The position numbers were made by a program, and so were the translations under genes. A stretch of DNA of 35,421 nt from an uncultured Clostridia bacterium (GTDB lineage Bacteria; Bacillota; Dehalobacteriia; UBA4068): the NCBI GenBank assembly GCA_944391235.1, contig CALXSV010000117.1, forward strand, positions 1 to 35,421. Direction: 5' to 3'. The notes under the pieces were generated by a model. The model was not told where the DNA came from. It did no database searches and saw only the letters and a list, made by a program, of their open reading frames with translations. Shown here piece after piece: positions 9,316 through 18,424 of the stretch; position 1 is the first letter of the stretch; each line of letters opens with the position of its first letter.

Positions 9316-9344
9316 ATCTTACTTCCATTTACTATATTTGTCAA
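9316..9344 (-). promoter_or_regulatory. Sigma-A promoter for the DMT gene (TTGACA-17-TAAGAT)
   Basis: Minus-strand TTGACA at 9344-9339, 17 nt, TAAGAT at 9321-9316, then 7 nt, then ATG 9308. Confidence 0.7.
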
Positions 9345-9357
9345 TGGGGGTGATTTT

Positions 9358-9768
9358 ATGCGCAGAAAAAAAACATATGGAGGTTGGCGTAGCCTGCTTA
9401 TGGCAGTGGGTATGCTGCTGCTGGGCCTATGTTTTCTCATCATTTTTTTGTGCACCGTGCAGCGTGATAGCAACATCTCCCTATTATTGCTATTATGGCT
9501 GGTGTTAAGCGGCTTTGTCTGCGGCTTTTCTTCTGGTTGGCGTGATGCCGGGCATTGGTTGTTGGGTGCTGTTTTCACAGCCTTTATGCTCTGGGCGGCT
9601 ACTGTAGCGCTGATTGCTTCGCTTCTGCCGCCTCTCTTTACACCCTATACCTTAGTGCGGCCTGTATTCCCGCTGCTGCCTTCCTCGCTGCTGGGCGCCT
9701 GGTTGGGCTGCGGTTTTGCCCGCGCTGTTGCATCCCGCCGCCAGCAGCAGGCTACGGAGGCCAGTTGA
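9358..9768 (+). CDS. Small four-TM membrane protein of unknown function
   Basis: GGGGGTGA RBS; basic N-terminus; four hydrophobic segments; followed by a bidirectional terminator. Confidence 0.7.
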   Translation: MRRKKTYGGWRSLLMAVGMLLLGLCFLIIFLCTVQRDSNISLLLLLWLVLSGFVCGFSSGWRDAGHWLLGAVFTAFMLWAATVALIASLLPPLFTPYTLVRPVFPLLPSSLLGAWLGCGFARAVASRRQQQATEAS

Positions 9769-9790
9769 GGAGATTCCTGCCTATGTTTGC

Positions 9791-9835
9791 ATAAAAAGAA
9801 GATCCTGGGCTTCAGACCCAGGATCTTCTTTTTAT
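9791..9835. terminator. Bidirectional intrinsic terminator
   Basis: Perfect 19-bp inverted repeat ATAAAAAGAAGATCCTGGG / CCCAGGATCTTCTTTTTAT between convergent genes. Confidence 0.9.
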
Positions 9836-11190
9836 GGCTTCCATTGTACAAGTAAGGGGTTTACCCTGGTTCGGTCGTAGCGATGGTATAGAAGACTGTT
9901 TACATCCAGACTATGTTGATAGTGACCTGTATATAGCAGGCCGCTAGCATCAAACACAGCTATATAAAAGCTGCATCCATCGTACGACTGATACCAGGCT
10001 ATAGCGAGTTTTTCTCCATCAAAGTCCATGGTTGTTTCATCATTATTCAGGTAAGGCAGTTGTCCTTCTATTTCAGGCAGGCTGCTGCGCATGGCCAGCT
10101 CATAGCCGTCCGCCATATTATAGCGCAGTACGGCAAATTCTCGCTGGGCAATCAAGGCCACAAGAAAGTCCTCGTAGAGAAACAGGTTGAAGGAGTCCGA
10201 GGCGGTATCCCCAGGCAGCAGCTCTAGCTTTTGTACCTCCTGCATACTGGCTGCATCAAGGATGGTCAGCATAAAACACTGGTTTTCAAAGGTTACAAGC
10301 AAGATCTGGCTTTTTTCCAAGTTGGTATAGAGGCCGATGACGGTGGCCTGTTGTGTATCTATGGCATACACCATAGATAAGGCATTATAGATAGGCTTTA
10401 CCACACCATTTTCCAGCTGCATTGGCAGATAATACAGGCCATAGCCGCCGGGAATCAAACTGGTGTCAAATACCTCTCCCGTGCTGGCCTGGTGATTGAA
10501 GGTAAAGCAAATGCCATCGTCTGTAATTATGCTGTAAACCGTTAAGTCGCTCCCCACCCCGGACATTCCTATACCCGTAACCTCGTCCTGCTCATTTTTG
10601 TCTATGGTAATTTCCAGCTGGCTTGTGGGCAGTACCGGAATTTGAAAGAAGCTGCTGAATACCTGGTTTGCCGCAATCTGTTCCTGATCGTTTTGAGGAA
10701 AATAGCCGGGATAGTCGAACTGTACGTAGATAGGATAATACTTGTAATAAGCACTTATATACACCAGCTCTGTATACTGCTGGCCGCTGGGGCTACGATT
10801 GGCCACATCGTACAGCGGTCTGCTTATGCCAAACTGTTGGGTTGTTTCTACATCCTCAAGCAGGAAGTAATCATAGATGCCATAAAAATCAAAATACAGT
10901 CCATGGTATCTGTGGCTGGAATACTCCGTTTTTTGCTCTTCACTAAAGTGGAATTCTGTGGAAAGGCTGGGTTGATGCCCTCCGCTATATACGCTGTCCC
11001 AGAATAGATGATATCCGGAATGCGCGTGGCAGTATACTTCCAACCCCTCTGTAGCGGTAATGTCTCCTGCCAGGGTAATTTCTCGAATATTTACGGCCTC
11101 CTTATCTGCATTTAGCCAGCTCGCTGCCGCATGAAAGAGCCCGGCGCACAAAAGGAGCAGTAACAGTACAAAGGTTAAACTTTTACGCAT
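9832..11190 (-). CDS. Hypothetical exported/membrane-anchored protein (452 aa)
   Basis: N-terminal signal/anchor MRKSLTFVLLLLLLCAGLFHAAA; Tyr/Asp-rich, beta-rich-looking body; last gene of the GntR-ABC operon. Confidence 0.8.
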   Translation of the reverse strand: MRKSLTFVLLLLLLCAGLFHAAASWLNADKEAVNIREITLAGDITATEGLEVYCHAHSGYHLFWDSVYSGGHQPSLSTEFHFSEEQKTEYSSHRYHGLYFDFYGIYDYFLLEDVETTQQFGISRPLYDVANRSPSGQQYTELVYISAYYKYYPIYVQFDYPGYFPQNDQEQIAANQVFSSFFQIPVLPTSQLEITIDKNEQDEVTGIGMSGVGSDLTVYSIITDDGICFTFNHQASTGEVFDTSLIPGGYGLYYLPMQLENGVVKPIYNALSMVYAIDTQQATVIGLYTNLEKSQILLVTFENQCFMLTILDAASMQEVQKLELLPGDTASDSFNLFLYEDFLVALIAQREFAVLRYNMADGYELAMRSSLPEIEGQLPYLNNDETTMDFDGEKLAIAWYQSYDGCSFYIAVFDASGLLYTGHYQHSLDVNSLLYHRYDRTRVNPLLVQWKP

Positions 11191-11207
11191 AAGCCTGCTT
11201 CCTTCCT

Positions 11208-11939
11208 TTATTCCTCACCTGTCAAATCACGCAGAGCTTTACGCACGCGGTCCGCTTGGTAATGATAGGTTTCCTTAACAAAATCAAGCAGGCTTTTACC
11301 GCTTTCATCCAGCTCCAACATAGATATATCTCCAACAATGTTTCCCTGGCGGATTAGCAGTGCACGGCTGATGAAGTTTTCAACCTCTTCTAGCAAATGG
11401 GTGGAAAGCAGCACGCTTTCGTGCGGCTCCAAAATCCCCAGCAAAACCTTATAAAAGTCTTCTCTATTAAAGACATCATTTCCGGCAAAGGGTTCGTCCA
11501 TCAGAATGTAATCTGCGCCCTGACTGAGCGCCAAAATTACCTCAAACTGGTTTTTCTGGCCCGCAGAAAAATGCTTTACCGCTTTATGCAGCGGCAGGGC
11601 AAAGAAATCCATCAGGCCGGTAAAACGGCGCGCATCAAAGCGGGGAAAATGTAGCTGGTAGAATTCTTTGTGCGCCTGCGGAGTAAGCGTAGGGAAAAAG
11701 GAATGTTCGCAGGTTGCAAAGGAAATGCGGGCGATGTTTTTCCTGTTAATAGGCTGTCCATCCAAGGTAATCTCACCACTGTAGCGCACATAGTTCAAAA
11801 TGCACTTCATAAGCGTAGTTTTACCGGCGCCATTTTCACCAAACAATCCGATAATTTCTCCCTGTGGCAAGCATAGATTTACCTGATCAAGCGCGCGTTT
11901 GGTACCATAATATTTACTTACCTTTTTGATTTCAAGCAT
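11208..11939 (-). CDS. ABC transporter ATP-binding protein (YtrB-like)
   Basis: Walker A GENGAGKTT, signature FSAGQ, Walker B ILMDEP, H-loop STH. ATG overlaps the upstream stop (TAATG). Confidence 0.92.
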   Translation of the reverse strand: MLEIKKVSKYYGTKRALDQVNLCLPQGEIIGLFGENGAGKTTLMKCILNYVRYSGEITLDGQPINRKNIARISFATCEHSFFPTLTPQAHKEFYQLHFPRFDARRFTGLMDFFALPLHKAVKHFSAGQKNQFEVILALSQGADYILMDEPFAGNDVFNREDFYKVLLGILEPHESVLLSTHLLEEVENFISRALLIRQGNIVGDISMLELDESGKSLLDFVKETYHYQADRVRKALRDLTGEE

Positions 11940-12448
11940 TATATTCCTCCCATCCACACCTGCCACAGCGTTTGCCACTGGGCCGGAGGTAAACATTGCG
12001 CTGGTGTTATCAGCATATAAAAGGCATAATAGATTAGGAGCAACAGTATGGAAAGAAGCAGGCAAAGCAGCATGGTGGTAAGGGGAATACTAAGACAGCG
12101 TCTCCATAGCTCCCAGCGGCTGGGCAGGCGCTTCATCAGATAAATGCTTTTGCTTCCCTGGTAATGAAATGCATAGTGATAAGCAATAAGCCCCAGCATA
12201 GTCAAGGCGATAATGGCAAAGCCGGTTAGACTATGGCCCAGCAGAACTACAAAGTCCGGCATGTACGCGTCCTGAAAAAAGATTTTTTGGCTGTTTTGCC
12301 TATAAAACAAAGCGTTATAGCCCTGTCCATAGGCAATAAAGAATTTTAAACTGTAGAAAAAGGCGAGTAACAGAGCAGTCCCAATCCACTGCACTTCCTC
12401 CCGGTGGCTTATTCCGACTGGAACATATTTGCTAAACTCAATCTTCAT
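11939..12448 (-). CDS. Membrane protein, putative ABC permease subunit
   Basis: 3 hydrophobic segments; GSKSIYLMKRLP loop; overlaps both neighbours. Confidence 0.75.
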   Translation of the reverse strand: MKIEFSKYVPVGISHREEVQWIGTALLLAFFYSLKFFIAYGQGYNALFYRQNSQKIFFQDAYMPDFVVLLGHSLTGFAIIALTMLGLIAYHYAFHYQGSKSIYLMKRLPSRWELWRRCLSIPLTTMLLCLLLSILLLLIYYAFYMLITPAQCLPPAQWQTLWQVWMGGI

Positions 12449-13163
12449 TGTTTCCATCCTTCCATATGCCAACAAGACTCGTTCCGCTGATCAGCAGCGT
12501 ACAGAAGATGCTAAAGACATCTGTTGCGATCCCTATGGGTTGTACAAAGCTGACCAAGACCAGCGCGGCCAAAAGCCAAATGGACAGGCCCCGTAAATCG
12601 TGCCGCATTTTAAAGGAGTAGGATGCCGCAGTAATTCCCAGTCCGCCCACCAGGACAAAGTTGCGTACATAGCGATTGGTTTCGGCCAGAGGCAGTAAGC
12701 TATGCAAAAAGCTGCTCTGGTAAAAGGCGAGAAAAACAGTCTGCTCATTTATGTAGGTAGTGTCTATTCTTACCAGGTACAATTGGCAAAGCAGGAAAGC
12801 GAGGAGCGCCTGCAATGCCCAAAATATAAAAAAGCACAGCATATTGTAAACAGCGCACCATATTACAGTGCATTTTTCCGATACATAAAGGCGTTGTAGG
12901 GTATAGCGCAGTCTGCTTCCGGAATATTCGCAGCCCGTAAGGCTAAGGATTACGCAGAGCAGCAGGAAGGATATGCCGAAAATAAGCGGAATGCGGCTTT
13001 GTACAAACAGCTCTTCCAGAGAGATAGGCATATCTGGCTGCATGCGGAAAAGCGTAAGAGAAAAGGCTGCGCTCTCCACTAAGGCCATACAAACAATCAG
13101 GCCCACTACCTTATAGATTGAGCTTCTGGCCGCTAGCATAAAAACAGATAGGTGTTGTTTCAT
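12438..13163 (-). CDS. Membrane protein, putative ABC permease subunit
   Basis: About 6 hydrophobic segments; GSRLRYTLQRL loop; AAGGAG RBS. Confidence 0.78.
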   Translation of the reverse strand: MKQHLSVFMLAARSSIYKVVGLIVCMALVESAAFSLTLFRMQPDMPISLEELFVQSRIPLIFGISFLLLCVILSLTGCEYSGSRLRYTLQRLYVSEKCTVIWCAVYNMLCFFIFWALQALLAFLLCQLYLVRIDTTYINEQTVFLAFYQSSFLHSLLPLAETNRYVRNFVLVGGLGITAASYSFKMRHDLRGLSIWLLAALVLVSFVQPIGIATDVFSIFCTLLISGTSLVGIWKDGNNED

Positions 13164-13175
13164 GGTCTGCTCCTT

Positions 13176-13547
13176 TTAATCCCACAGTTTGTCAAGCAAA
13201 GATAGCGCTTCCTGTTTGGAGATACCCATCTGCTGCATGGCATGAATGAGCGATTTAATTTCGCCCTCCAATAGCTGGGCATGAATCTGCGCAACCTGCC
13301 TTTCATCCACGACCACATAGCTTTTTGCCCCGCTGTGGGATTGAATGATATGCTCCTCCTCCAACAGCCGGTACGCTTTTTGCACTGTATTTGGATTTAC
13401 CCCCAGCACTGCGGAGAGGACGCGGCGTGAAGGCAATTCATCCTGATTTTTTATTGTGCCGGCAACAATGCCCCATTTGATATAGCGGATGATTTGTAAA
13501 TAAATGGGACTGTCCGCATCCAGTACAAGGTTTTCAAATGTTATCAT
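13176..13547 (-). CDS. GntR-family transcriptional regulator, YtrA subfamily
   Basis: 123 aa; PIYLQI, LPSRRVLS..LGVNPNTVQKAY..LE; short C-terminal helices; heads an ABC operon. Confidence 0.93.
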   Translation of the reverse strand: MITFENLVLDADSPIYLQIIRYIKWGIVAGTIKNQDELPSRRVLSAVLGVNPNTVQKAYRLLEEEHIIQSHSGAKSYVVVDERQVAQIHAQLLEGEIKSLIHAMQQMGISKQEALSLLDKLWD

Positions 13548-13576
13548 GGTGTTTTCTCATAATCTTTTTTGCTGAA

Positions 13577-13629
13577 ACTGTATTACATGTATGATACAGT
13601 TTATGACTGTATCATACATGTAATACAGT
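13577..13629. promoter_or_regulatory. Double-palindrome operator, probably bound by the adjacent GntR
   Basis: ACTGTATTACATGTATGATACAGT-ttatg-ACTGTATCATACATGTAATACAGT: a perfect 24-bp inverted repeat in which each arm is itself ACTGTAT-N10-ATACAGT. Confidence 0.85.
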
Positions 13630-13639
13630 ATTCTGTCAA
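13611..13639 (-). promoter_or_regulatory. Sigma-A promoter of the GntR-ABC operon (TTGACA-17-TATGAT)
   Basis: Minus-strand TTGACA at 13639-13634 and TATGAT at 13616-13611; overlaps the operator. Confidence 0.8.
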
Positions 13640-13697
13640 GCATAAAATAGTGGGGTTTTTTCCTGCCGCGTTCCTGTCGTATATCTGGTGAAATAGC

Positions 13698-13726
13698 TTG
13701 ATTTACCGTCCTGTACGTGGTAAAAT
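13698..13726 (+). promoter_or_regulatory. Sigma-A promoter of valS (TTGATT-17-TAAAAT, extended -10)
   Basis: TTGATT at 13698-13703; TGgTAAAAT ending at 13726. Confidence 0.6.
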
Positions 13727-13812
13727 TTTAGAATTAGGACAATTTTATTACTGCTATTTGTCCGCTTTGGGACTGCAGTAAATTTGGATAATCAATTTAG
13801 GAGATATATGTT

Positions 13813-16455
13813 ATGGAAGAAAGCAAAAACATCCTCGCTACGACTTATCAACCGCAGGATGTGGAACAGAAATGGTATAAGTTCTGGTTAGATAATGGTT
13901 GCTTTAGCAGCGAGATTAATCCGCAAGGGGAACCCTTCTGTATTGTTATGCCGCCGCCCAATGTAACGGGGCAGTTACACATGGGACATGCCTTGGATGG
14001 TACCTTGCAGGATGTTCTCACACGCTGGCGCCGGATGCAGGGTCGTCGCGCTCTGTGGTTGCCTGGTACAGACCATGCCGGTATTGCTACGCAGGCCAAG
14101 GTTGAGGAGGCTCTGCGCGAGGAGGGCGTTTCCCGCTATGATATCGGACGCGAGGCGTTTTTGGAAAAAGCATGGGAATGGAAGCACCGTTACCATGACC
14201 GTATTGTGCGACAGCTACAGAAGATGGGCAGCTCCTGCGACTGGGATAAGGAGCGCTTTACCCTGGACGAAGGCTGTTCCAAGGCGGTACGTGAAACCTT
14301 TGTTGAGCTTTATAATAAAAAACTGATTTATCGTGGCTCCTATATTACCAATTGGTGCAGCCATTGTCAGACAACTATTTCTGATATTGAGGTCGAGCAT
14401 ACGGAGCGGCCAAGTCATCTTTGGCATCTGCGTTATCCTTATGCGGATGGCAGCGGTTATGTTGTTGTTGCCACCACGCGTCCAGAAACCATGCTGGGCG
14501 ATACGGCAGTGGCTGTTCACCCAGAGGATCCCCGCTATACGGATAAGATTGGCAAGACGGTTATGCTGCCTATCGTGAATAAGGAAATCCCCCTGATTGG
14601 CGATGCTTACTGTGATATGGAATTTGGTACGGGTGCGGTAAAGATTACCCCCGCCCACGACCCCAATGACTTTGAAATTGGTCTGCGCCATCATCTGGAG
14701 CAAATAACTGTGATTGGCAAAGACGGCCGTATGAATGAAAATGCTGGCAAGTACCAAGGGCAAACCATTTTGGAATGTCGGGAAAATATTGTTGAAGAGT
14801 TCCGCAGTTTGGGCTTGCTTGAGGATATTACGGATCTGAGTCATTCTGTGGGAGAGTGCTACCGCTGTGGCACTGCCATTGAACCGCTGATTTCTCCACA
14901 ATGGTTTGTGCGAATGAAACCGTTGGCCGAGCCAGCTATTGCCGCAGTGGAGAAGGGGGATACACGTTTTGTGCCAGCGCGTTTTACCCGGACTTATACC
15001 AATTGGATGGAAAACATCCGCGATTGGTGCATTAGTCGCCAGTTGTGGTGGGGACACCGTATTCCTGTGTGGTATTGCCAGGACTGTGGCGCTGAGATTT
15101 GTGTTAAGGAAGATCCGGATTGCTGTCCGCAATGCGGCAGCAAGCATTTGGAGCAGGATCCGGACGTGCTGGATACCTGGTTCAGCTCTGCGCTGTGGCC
15201 CTTTTCTACATTGGGCTGGCCGGAGAAAACACAGCTGCTGCATGATTTCTACCCGACCAGCGTGCTGGTAACCGGTTATGATATCATCTTTTTCTGGGTT
15301 GCCAGGATGATGTTTTCCGGCCTTGAGCAGATGGGTGAAGTTCCATTTAAAGATGTATTTATCCACGGCATTGTGCGCGATGAGTTGGGCCGTAAGATGA
15401 GCAAATCGCTGGGCAATGGCATTGACCCCTTGGAAATTATTGATAGCTACGGTGCGGACAGCCTGCGCTTTACCCTGGTGACAGGCAATAGTCCTGGTAA
15501 TGATATGCGCTTTAAGCAGGATCGTATTGAAGGCGCACGTAACTTTATGAATAAGATTTGGAATGCCAGCCGTTTTTGCCTGATGAACCTGGAGGACTAC
15601 GACGAGGGCAAATATGCGCTAAATCTAACCCTGGTGGATAAATGGATTCTGACCCGTGCGGCCCGCGTTTCTGCTGAGGTCAACGCCAATCTGGAGAAAT
15701 ACGAGTTGGGTGAAGCCTTGCGCGCGATTTATGACTTCATTTGGGACGAATTCTGCGATTGGTATGTGGAATTGGCAAAGCCGAGACTTTATCGTGGCAC
15801 CGCAGAGGAGCGCTATACCGCTCAACATGTGTTGGCTGCTACCCTGCGCACTGCTTTGGAGTTGCTGCACCCCTTTGCTCCTTTTATTACCGAGGAACTG
15901 TGGCAGCAGCTGCCGCATGAGGGCCTTTCCATTATGCTGGCCAAATATCCGGATGGACAGGACGAACCTCTTTATGAAGAGGATGAAAAACGCTTTGCTA
16001 TTGTGATGGAAATTGTACGCAGTATCCGCAACATCCGTGCCGAGATGAAGGTACCCATGGGGAAGAAGGCTGCTGTTTTGCTGGCTGGAGAAGCAGAGGC
16101 TTTGGCTATGGTAGAGGATGCGCAGGCTTATATCATACAGTTGGCGCATGTCTCTGAGCTACAGTTTGCCGCAGCAGATACTCGGATTCCGGATAAAGCC
16201 GCTAAGTCGCATGTCCGCGGCATTGACATTTATCTGCCTTTAGAAGGGTTGATTGATGTTGACAAGGAAATCGCACGTATAGAAAAAGAGATTGCTGCTA
16301 CAGAAAACGATTTGAAACGTTTGTCCGGTAAGCTGTCCAATGCCGGCTTCCTGGCAAAAGCTCCAGCTGAGGTCGTGGAGAAGGAGAAGGCCCGTTACAG
16401 TGAGTATCAGGCCAAATTATCCTCCCTGCAGGAGCATTTGACCTTATTCAAATAA
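13813..16455 (+). CDS. valS: Valine--tRNA ligase
   Basis: PPPNVTGQLHMGHA, DWCISRQLWWGHRIP, KMSKS, C-terminal coiled coil; 880 aa. Confidence 0.99.
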   Translation: MEESKNILATTYQPQDVEQKWYKFWLDNGCFSSEINPQGEPFCIVMPPPNVTGQLHMGHALDGTLQDVLTRWRRMQGRRALWLPGTDHAGIATQAKVEEALREEGVSRYDIGREAFLEKAWEWKHRYHDRIVRQLQKMGSSCDWDKERFTLDEGCSKAVRETFVELYNKKLIYRGSYITNWCSHCQTTISDIEVEHTERPSHLWHLRYPYADGSGYVVVATTRPETMLGDTAVAVHPEDPRYTDKIGKTVMLPIVNKEIPLIGDAYCDMEFGTGAVKITPAHDPNDFEIGLRHHLEQITVIGKDGRMNENAGKYQGQTILECRENIVEEFRSLGLLEDITDLSHSVGECYRCGTAIEPLISPQWFVRMKPLAEPAIAAVEKGDTRFVPARFTRTYTNWMENIRDWCISRQLWWGHRIPVWYCQDCGAEICVKEDPDCCPQCGSKHLEQDPDVLDTWFSSALWPFSTLGWPEKTQLLHDFYPTSVLVTGYDIIFFWVARMMFSGLEQMGEVPFKDVFIHGIVRDELGRKMSKSLGNGIDPLEIIDSYGADSLRFTLVTGNSPGNDMRFKQDRIEGARNFMNKIWNASRFCLMNLEDYDEGKYALNLTLVDKWILTRAARVSAEVNANLEKYELGEALRAIYDFIWDEFCDWYVELAKPRLYRGTAEERYTAQHVLAATLRTALELLHPFAPFITEELWQQLPHEGLSIMLAKYPDGQDEPLYEEDEKRFAIVMEIVRSIRNIRAEMKVPMGKKAAVLLAGEAEALAMVEDAQAYIIQLAHVSELQFAAADTRIPDKAAKSHVRGIDIYLPLEGLIDVDKEIARIEKEIAATENDLKRLSGKLSNAGFLAKAPAEVVEKEKARYSEYQAKLSSLQEHLTLFK

Positions 16456-16476
16456 GACGTACACGGCTGTCTGCAG

Positions 16477-16514
16477 AAAACCGTTCTTCTTCCGATGGCA
16501 GAAGGACGGTTTTT
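16477..16514 (+). terminator. Intrinsic terminator after valS
   Basis: AAAACCGTTCTTCT...AGAAGGACGGTTTTT stem plus U-tract. Confidence 0.7.
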
Positions 16515-16526
16515 ACATGGAGTCGT

Positions 16527-17831
16527 ATGAGGATGCGCATTATGGATTATCAGCAAGCACAAGAAAAGTTAAGCAGTTTGACCAGCTTTGGCATCAAGCC
16601 GGGTTTGCAACGGGTTGAAGAATTGCTACGCCGTTTGGGAAACCCGCATAAACAAAAGATCTCCTTCCTGCATGTAGCAGGCACCAACGGTAAGGGCTCT
16701 GTGTGTGCAATGTTGGATGCAATTTTGCGCGCACAGGGGCTGCGCGTAGGACTTTTTACTTCGCCGCATTTGCTCCATCACTGCGAGCGCTACCGCATCA
16801 ATGGCGAGAATATGCCAGAGACTGTATTCATCAGCCTGTTTGAGGAAATCTGGACTGCCATCTGCGCAATGCGGCAGGAGGGCTGGGAAAGTCCAACGGA
16901 ATTTGAGGCAGTTACGGCCATGTCTTTGCTATGGTTTGCGCGTGAACAGGTGGATTATGCGATTCTGGAAGTTGGCTTGGGTGGCCGACTGGATAGCACC
17001 AATGTAATTCGCCCAGAGGTCTCTGTGATCACGAGCATCGGCATGGATCATATGGCCTATTTGGGCAACACAGTTGAGGAAATTGCCGCGGAAAAGGCGG
17101 GTATCATTAAAAAGCGGGTACCGCTTGTTACTTCTGCTAATGGGCCCGCACTTCGTGTTATTGAAGAAATCGCAGCCCGGCGCGGCTGCCCGGTTATGGC
17201 AGTGGGACATAATCTGATTCCTATCCCCCTGAAGCTTAGCGAACAAGGTACGGTATTTAATTTGATTCTGTCAGAATCGATTTATGTTGATTTGGAGGTA
17301 TCCCTTTTGGGCCTGCGTCAGGTGGAGAATGCGGCTGTGGCTGTGCAGGTGGCTGCCTTGCTGGATATTTCTGAATCTGCTATTCGCAGGGGATTGAAGG
17401 AGGTTCGCTGGCCCGGCCGTTTGGAGGTGTTCAGCCGCGATCCGCTGATTGTGCTGGACGGTGCGCATAATGAGCCTGGTTTCCAAGCGTTGGCTGAGTC
17501 TGTCAACCTGCTGTGGCATGGCAAACGGATTTGCGCTATTATGGGCATGTTGGCAGACAAGCAGCGTGAGCAGGCCCTGCCCCGATTGCTGCCTTTGCTG
17601 GACTCTGCGATTGTTACGCCGCCCCCTTATCTATCTCGTGTTGGGGACTGGCAGCGGTTGGTGGCTTTGTGCCGCGAAGCTGAGGTAGCGGCGGTGGCAG
17701 AGGAAGACAATCGCCGCGCTTTGCAAATGGGCCTGGCCCGGCTGAAAAGCGGAGACTGCGATATGCTGTTGATTTGCGGCTCCCTGTATTTGGTTGGTGA
17801 AGTACGCGGTTGGTTGGAGGAATGTGTATGA
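16527..17831 (+). CDS. folC: Folylpolyglutamate synthase/dihydrofolate synthase
   Basis: HVAGTNGKGS, FTSPHL, LEVGLGGRLDSTN, WPGRLE, LDGAHN, CGSLYLVGE. Confidence 0.96.
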   Translation: MRMRIMDYQQAQEKLSSLTSFGIKPGLQRVEELLRRLGNPHKQKISFLHVAGTNGKGSVCAMLDAILRAQGLRVGLFTSPHLLHHCERYRINGENMPETVFISLFEEIWTAICAMRQEGWESPTEFEAVTAMSLLWFAREQVDYAILEVGLGGRLDSTNVIRPEVSVITSIGMDHMAYLGNTVEEIAAEKAGIIKKRVPLVTSANGPALRVIEEIAARRGCPVMAVGHNLIPIPLKLSEQGTVFNLILSESIYVDLEVSLLGLRQVENAAVAVQVAALLDISESAIRRGLKEVRWPGRLEVFSRDPLIVLDGAHNEPGFQALAESVNLLWHGKRICAIMGMLADKQREQALPRLLPLLDSAIVTPPPYLSRVGDWQRLVALCREAEVAAVAEEDNRRALQMGLARLKSGDCDMLLICGSLYLVGEVRGWLEECV

Positions 17832-18424
17832 GCCTGTTTACTACACGTAAAATTATTCTTGCCAGCGCCTCGCCACGCCGCCTCATGCTGCTGCGGCAGA
17901 TTGGTGTGGAACCGCAGGTTGTTTGTATGGAAACCGAGGAGTTGAAGCAACTGGGCCCGGGTATGCAGGCGGCAGAATTGGTTATGTATAATGCCCAGCG
18001 TAAAGGCGCTGCTGTGCAGCAGCTGGTGGGCCGACAGGACGCGCTTATTGTCTCTGCGGATACGGTGGTCATTTGCCATGGCACGCTCTTTGGCAAGCCT
18101 GCAGATGAGGAGGAGGCGGCGCAGATGCTGCGTCAGCTTTCTGGCAATACGCATAGCGTGTTTACCGGGCAATGTGTAATAGATGCCAAAACCGGCAGAC
18201 ATGCCTGTGGATACAGTGAAACCCAGGTGCGCTTTGTTCCGCTTTGTGAAGAGGACATTGCTGCATATATTGCCAGCGGTGACCCCATGGATAAGGCCGG
18301 AGCCTATGGTATGCAGAGCCTTGGCGGCTTGTTTGTGGAAGCGATTTCCGGTGATTACGGTACGGTAGTGGGACTTTCCCTGCCGTTATTACGTAGTTTA
18401 GTGCAAAAGCTGGAGAGCCACTGA
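17828..18424 (+). CDS. maf: Maf nucleoside triphosphate pyrophosphatase
   Basis: ILASASPRR, SADTVV, GKP, DKAGAYGMQ; ATGA overlap with folC. Confidence 0.95.
   Translation: MSLFTTRKIILASASPRRLMLLRQIGVEPQVVCMETEELKQLGPGMQAAELVMYNAQRKGAAVQQLVGRQDALIVSADTVVICHGTLFGKPADEEEAAQMLRQLSGNTHSVFTGQCVIDAKTGRHACGYSETQVRFVPLCEEDIAAYIASGDPMDKAGAYGMQSLGGLFVEAISGDYGTVVGLSLPLLRSLVQKLESH

Noticed and set aside
9309-9578. 90-aa N-terminal extension of the DMT ORF
   Set aside because: It overlaps the divergent membrane-protein gene and lies upstream of a good promoter, so it is an ORF-calling artefact.
13577-13629. Palindrome as a MITE, dif site or CRISPR repeat
   Set aside because: Single occurrence, no spacers or target duplication, no dif consensus. 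Its position over a GntR promoter explains it.
14215-15366. 383-aa antisense ORF inside valS (likewise 33180-34115 in ackA, 19145-19759 in minD and several in smc)
   Set aside because: Shadow frames of conserved genes, with no recognisable motifs.
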